NCBI RefSeq assembly: GCF_009914755.1
Contig: NC_060933.1
Reading direction: 5' to 3' (one strand)
Source: the human T2T-CHM13v2.0 reference genome, Homo sapiens
DNA: 64,000 nucleotides
Each line of letters begins with the position of its first letter. Positions within the stretch are counted from its first letter, which is position 1. The notes below the pieces were generated by a model. It did no database searches. It saw only the letters and a program-made list of their open reading frames with translations, and had not been told where the DNA came from. Below, piece by piece: positions 55,243 to 64,000 of this stretch. Both the position numbers and the translations under genes were made by a program.

Positions 55243-55483
55243 TTTTTATTATTACACTTTAAGTTTTAGGGTACATGTGCACAACATGCAGGTTGGTTAC
55301 ATATGTATACATGTGCCATGTTGGTGTGCTGCACCAATTAACTCATCATTTAGCATTAGGTATATCTCCTAATGCTATCCGTCCCCCCTCCCCCCACCCC
55401 ACAATAGTCCCTGGTGTGTGATGTTCCCCTTCCTGTGTCCATGTGTTCTCATTGTTCAATTCCCACCTATGAGTGAGAACATG
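55243..55483 (-). mobile_element. 5'-truncated younger L1PA (L1PA3-5-like 3' end) inserted in the 3' UTR of the L1PA6-like element
   Basis: Second L1 3' terminus with its own tail; 14-bp TSD tcaactYgccattt at 55229-55242 and 55484-55497. Confidence 0.9.
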
Positions 55484-55599
55484 TCAACTCGCCATTTACA
55501 TTAGATATTTCTCCTAATGCTATCCCTCCCCCGGACCCCATCCCCCGACAGGCCCTGGTGTGTGATGTTCCCTGCCCTGTGTCCAAGTGATCTCATTGT

Positions 55600-59421
<3,822 letters not shown>

Positions 59422-59484
59422 TATGATACTAGCTGGTTATTTTGCCAATTAATTGATGCAGTTTCTTCATAACATTGATGGTCT

Positions 59485-60518
59485 TTACAATTTGGCATGT
59501 TTTTGCAGTGGCTGGTACCAGTTACCGGTTGTTTCTTTCCATGTTTAGTGCTTCCTTCAGGAGCTCTTGTAAGGCAGGCCTGGTGGTGACAAAATCTCTC
59601 AGCATTTGCTTGTCTGTAAAGGATTTTATTTCTCCTTCACTTATGAAGCTTAGTTTGGCTGGATATGAAATTCTGGGTTGAAAATTCTTTTCTTTAAGAA
59701 TGTTGAATATTGGGCCCCATTCTCTTCTGGCTTGTAGGGTTTCTGCTGGGAGATCCGCTGTTAGTCTGATGGGCTTCCCTTTGTGAGTAGCCTGACCTTT
59801 CTCTCTGGCTGCCCTTAACATTTTTTTTTTTTTTCATTTCAACCTTGGTGAATCTGACAATTATGTGTCTTGGGGTTGCTCTTCTTGAGGATATCTTTGT
59901 GGTGTTCTCTGTATTTCCTGAGTTTGAATGTTGGCCTGCCTTTTTAGGTTGGGGAAGTTCTCCTGAATAATACCCTGAAGAGTGTTTTCCAACTTGGTTC
60001 CATTCTCCCCGTCATTTTGAGGTACACCAATCAGACATAGATTTGGTCTTTTCACATAATCCCATATTTCTTGGAGGCTTTGTTCATTTCTTTTTAGTGT
60101 TTGCTCTCTATCCTTATCTTCTTGCTTTATTTCATTCATTTGATCTTCAATCACTGATACCCGTTCTTCCAGTTGGTCGAATCAGCTATTGAAGCTTGTA
60201 CATGCGTCACGAAGTTCTTGTGCCATGGTTTTCAGCTCCATCAGGTCATTTAAGGTCTTCTCTACACTGTATTGTAGTTAGCCATTCATCTAATCTTTTT
60301 GCAAGGTTTTTAGCTTCCTTGTGATGGGTTTCAACATGCTCCTTTAGCTTGGAGAAGTTTGTTATTACCGACCTTCTGAAGCCTACTTCTGTCAACTCGT
60401 TAAAGTCATTCTCCATCTGGCTTTGTTACATTTTAGGCGAGGAGCTGCAATCCTTTGGAGGAGAAGAGATGCTCTAATTTTTAGAATTTTCAGCTTTTCT
60501 GCTCTGGTTTCTCCCCAT
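59485..60518 (-). pseudogene. ORF1: L1 ORF1, disrupted
   Basis: ATGGGGAGAAACCAG start at 60518; fragments NEQSLQEIWDYVKRPN and RAAREKGQ...ARREWGPIF...YPAKLSF in separate frames. Confidence 0.93.
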
Positions 60519-61120
60519 CTTTGTGGTTTAATCTACCTTTGGTCTTTGATGTTGGTGACCTATAGATGGGGTTTTGGTGTGGATGTCCTTTTTGTTAATG
60601 TTGACGCTATTCCTTTCTGTTTGTTAGTTTTCCTTCTAGCAGTCAGTACCCTCAGCTGCAGGTCTGTTGGAGTTTGCTGGAGGTCCACTCTAGACCCTGT
60701 TTGCCTGGGTATCACCAGTGGAGGCTGCAGAACAGCAGATATTGCAGAAGAGCAAATATTGCTGCCTAATCCTTTCTCTGGAAGCTTCGTCCCAGAAAGG
60801 CGCCCACCTATATGAGGTGTCTGTTGGCCCCTAGTGGGAAGTATCTCCCAGCTAGGCTACACAGGGGTCAGGGACTCAATTGAGGAAGCAGTCTGTCCAT
60901 TCTCAGAGCTCAAACACCATGTTGGGAGAACCACTGCTCTCTTCAGAGCTGTCAGACAGGGCCATTTAAGTCTGCAGAAGTTGTCTGCTGCCTTTTGTTC
61001 AGCTAAGTAAGCCCTGCCCACAGAGGTGGAGTCTAGAGACAATAGGCCTTGCTGAGCTGTGGTGGGCTCTGCCTAGTTCGAGCTTCCTGGCTGCTTTGTT
61101 TACCCACTGAAGCCTGAGCA

Positions 61121-61381
61121 ATGGTAGACGCCCCTCCCCCAGCCAGGCTGGCACCTCACAGTTCCCTCTCAGACTTCTGCACTAGCAGTGAGCAAGACTC
61201 CATGGGCATGGGACCCACTGAGCCAGGTAAGGGAGAGGATCTCCTTGTATGGCAGTTGCTAAGACCTTGGGAAAAGTGCAGTATTTGGGTGGGAGTGTCC
61301 CATTTTTCCAGGTACAGTCTGTCACGGCTTCCCTTGGCTAGGAAAGGGAAATCCTCCCCTTGTGCTTCCCGGGTGAGGTGA
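61121..61381 (+). CDS. ORF0: L1 antisense ORF0 homolog, open, 86 aa (expression unknown)
   Basis: MVDAPPPARL...SDFCTSSEQDSMGMGPTEPG...EKCSIWVGVSHFSR aligns by eye to L1HS ORF0 (MAGAPPPASL...EPG...EKRNIRVGVTRFSR); antisense in the L1 5' UTR; Kozak gcaATGG. Confidence 0.7.
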   Translation: MVDAPPPARLAPHSSLSDFCTSSEQDSMGMGPTEPGKGEDLLVWQLLRPWEKCSIWVGVSHFSRYSLSRLPLARKGKSSPCASRVR

Positions 61382-61558
61382 TGCCCCGCCCTGCTTCAGC
61401 TTGCCCTCCATGGGCTGCACTCACTGTCCAACCTGTCCCAATCAGATGAACTGGGTACCTCAGTTGGAAATGCAGAAATCACCCATCTTCTGTGTCGATC
61501 ATGCTGGTTGCTGCAGACCGGAGCTGTTCCTATTTGGCCATCTTGGAATGGATCACCG

Positions 61559-61962
61559 GGTTTGATAATATTTTCTTGAGAATATTTGTGTCTATGTTCA
61601 CCAGGGATACTGAACTATAATTTTCTTTTCTTACAGTATTCCTATCTGGATTTGGTATTGGGATAATGCTGGCTTTATAAAATGGTTGCAAGTAATTCAT
61701 TCTCTTCAGTTTTTTGGGAGAGTTTGAGAAGAATTGGTATTAGTTCTTTTCTAAATGTTTGGTAGAAATCAAGAGTGAATTCCACTGGCCTTGGGCTTTT
61801 CTTTGATGGGAGGCTTTCTATTACTGATCAACCTCCTTACAGAATGTTGGTCTATTCAGATTTTTTATTTCCTTTAATTTACTCTTGGTACGTTGTTTAT
61901 CTCAAATAATTTATCCATTATTCTAGGTAATCCAATTTGTTTTCATGTAAATGTGTGGGGTT

Positions 61963-62007
<45 letters not shown>

Positions 62008-62365
62008 TGACAGTGTCTCACTCTGTTGCTCAACCTAGAGTGCAGTGGTGTGATCTCGGCTCACTGCAACTTGCAACTCCCAGGTCCCAGTGATTCTTGT
62101 GCCTCAGCCTCCTGAGTAGCTGGGATTACAGCCATGCACCACCATGCCCAGGCTAATTTTTGTCTTTTTAGTAGAGACGGGATTTCACTATGTTGGTCAG
62201 GCTGGTCTTGAACTCCTGACCTCAAGTTATCCAACTGCCTCAGCCTCCCAAAGTGCTGAGATTACAAGCATGAGCCTCCATGTCTGTTCTGTTTACATAT
62301 AAATGTTAGTAATGGTCTCATTCATTTCTTTGTATTTCTGTAGTATCAGTGGTAATGTTTCTTTT
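61559..62365 (-). mobile_element. Continuation of the old L1MA beyond the L1PA insertion (interrupted by an Alu)
   Basis: tctatgttcaccagggatactg...tttggtattgggataatgctggc...agtttgagaagaattggtattagttctt continues the ORF2-like sequence broken at 55130. Confidence 0.85.
61961..62285 (-). mobile_element. Old Alu (AluSz/Jb-like) whose tail has become a (GTT)n microsatellite
   Basis: Reverse Alu body 62005-62285; (gtt)n at ~61965-62006; degenerate TSD tgttttcatgtaaatgt / tgtttacatataaatgt. Confidence 0.88.
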
Positions 62366-62740
62366 TTTTTAAATGTATACATTTAAGGGATAAACACTCA
62401 ATTTTGTTACATGCATATATTGCATGGTTGTAAAGTCTTTGCTTCTAGTGTATCCATCACCTGCATAATGTACATTGTACCTATTAATTAATTTATCATT
62501 GCCTTAACCCCTTCTGCCCCCTCAGCCTTCTAAATCTCCAATGTTTATTCTTCCATACCCTACGTCCATATGTATACACATGATTTAGCTCTGACTTATA
62601 GGTGAGAATATGTGGTAGTTGACTTTCTGTTCCTAACATAATGGCTTTTTATTCATAACATAATGGCTTCCAGTCCCATCCATGTTGCTGCAAAGTACTT
62701 TATTTATTATTTTTTATTTTAAAAAAATACTGAGTACTAT
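62366..62740 (-). mobile_element. Another old L1 3' end (L1MA/L1PB-like)
   Basis: aattttgttacatgcatatattgcat...tagtgtatccatcacc...ttagctctgacttataggtgagaatatg...ccatccatgttgctgcaaa. Confidence 0.75.
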
Positions 62741-64000
62741 TCCCTTTTAGTGTGATTATGCTATTCATTTAAGACTCAGTAGGAGACATTTTTTTCTGTT
62801 TGCATTCTATTTTATCTATCTTTCTTCCCCATTCTTGTTAATATTTTCTTGGTGATGTGAAAAATTAATCTGGTACCAAAGGTAAAGCTATGCAGAAAGC
62901 TATACATAGATAAGTATTACTACACCCACATCCTTTTTACCTAACTCCCACTCAATGCCATTGGTAACCAATCACACTAGTCTCTGAGTTCTCCTTTCTT
63001 TGATTCTTTGTACACAGTTCTAAACTGTGAATGCACATCAGAATTTGCTGGTGTGTGTGCATGCTCACTTGTACATGCATGAACATATCTTCTAACCCAG
63101 AAGCTTTCTATTTTTTTGTTTTCAGAAGATCCCCAGATAGCATCTATCCAAACTAAAATGAGAACACAGTCTGACGGACATGAGGGGATTTATATGACTA
63201 AAATAATAAAATATTTAAAACAGTTTTCTGTGGTTGGGAGAACAGAGCCCCAGGTGATTCTAATACACAGTCAATAGAGAAAACCACTGTTTTGGGTGAT
63301 ACAGAATGAGGTTATGTATCTGGAATTGCATCAGTCACTGTTGTTATCATAGGAGGAACCACCTGACAAAGAAGCCAACAGATGAAGAAGGAAAATACTG
63401 ATCCACTGAATTCACTCTACACTCAAAGCCACACCCATGTCTGGATTCTTCTTTATATAAGTTGGGGAATTTCCCCCCATAAGTCAACTAGTTTTTATGC
63501 ATACTTAAGAGTTTTATTTTCTTGTTTCAACATATTTTTCTGCCCAGAATGTTCTATGTTCTCCTTCCCTTCATTTATTTTGGATATAGTTTGTGTTAAA
63601 TAATCCCTTCAATTTAGATGCCCCCTTTTCCAAAAACCTTTCTATGCTATCCTCACCACATTCTTCATTACCTGTTTGGGTTGTGTGCATTTCTTATATG
63701 CTCTCTAGCAACTTGTGCACATGGTTATTATTACACAAGGCAATATTGCTTTGTCACTGTATTTTCCTTGCACTATGAGGTTCTTTCATATTTAGATTGC
63801 TTCTTATCCATCCTGTATAATATAGGAAAGAGGGACAAGCTGCCTTAATTTGACTTTAAGAATAAATTGACTTAAGAATTGGTCATAATTTCTTTTTGGA
63901 ATAATTACTGTCTTTGAGAGGAAAAAATAGCATTGCAATGAGTATGTCTAAATGCGTGATGCTTAAGAAGGAGACATAAATGATAGGGAATAGTTATGGG

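Noticed and set aside
60423-60815. 130-aa plus-strand ORF as ORF0
   Set aside because: It is antisense to the ORF1 start/5' UTR junction and does not resemble ORF0; the ORF0 homolog is at 61121-61381.

Overview
This is primate genomic DNA, very likely human given the AluYa5-type element. It is AT-rich, CpG-depleted and repeat-rich, intronic or intergenic, and I can recognise no cellular protein-coding exon, rRNA, tRNA gene or CRISPR array. Two structures dominate. (i) A complete 5.77-kb HERV-H provirus on the minus strand (45567-51333) with two LTR7 copies, a tRNA-His PBS, a PPT, a 5-bp ACCAG TSD, degenerate gag/pro/pol, and the RT catalytic segment and most of env deleted. (ii) A nested LINE-1 stack (~52600-62740): an old L1MA interrupted by a full-length L1PA6-like element with a 19-bp TSD, itself interrupted by a short younger L1PA with its own TSD. 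There are also eight Alus, MaLR/ERVL solo LTRs, hAT transposons, L2 and MIR. The most noteworthy details are: an open 86-aa L1 ORF0 with strong Kozak context and a near-consensus splice donor; a SOX-motif difference between the two LTR7s plus a perfect HERV-H splice donor; a tiny L1 insertion carrying a 3' transduction; a 137-bp templated copy of unique DNA pasted 3.35 kb away; and several template-switch palindromes. I found no convincing wholly new biological system. The findings are locus-specific instances of known mechanisms. All alignments and counts were done by eye, and subfamily names come from remembered consensus sequences.
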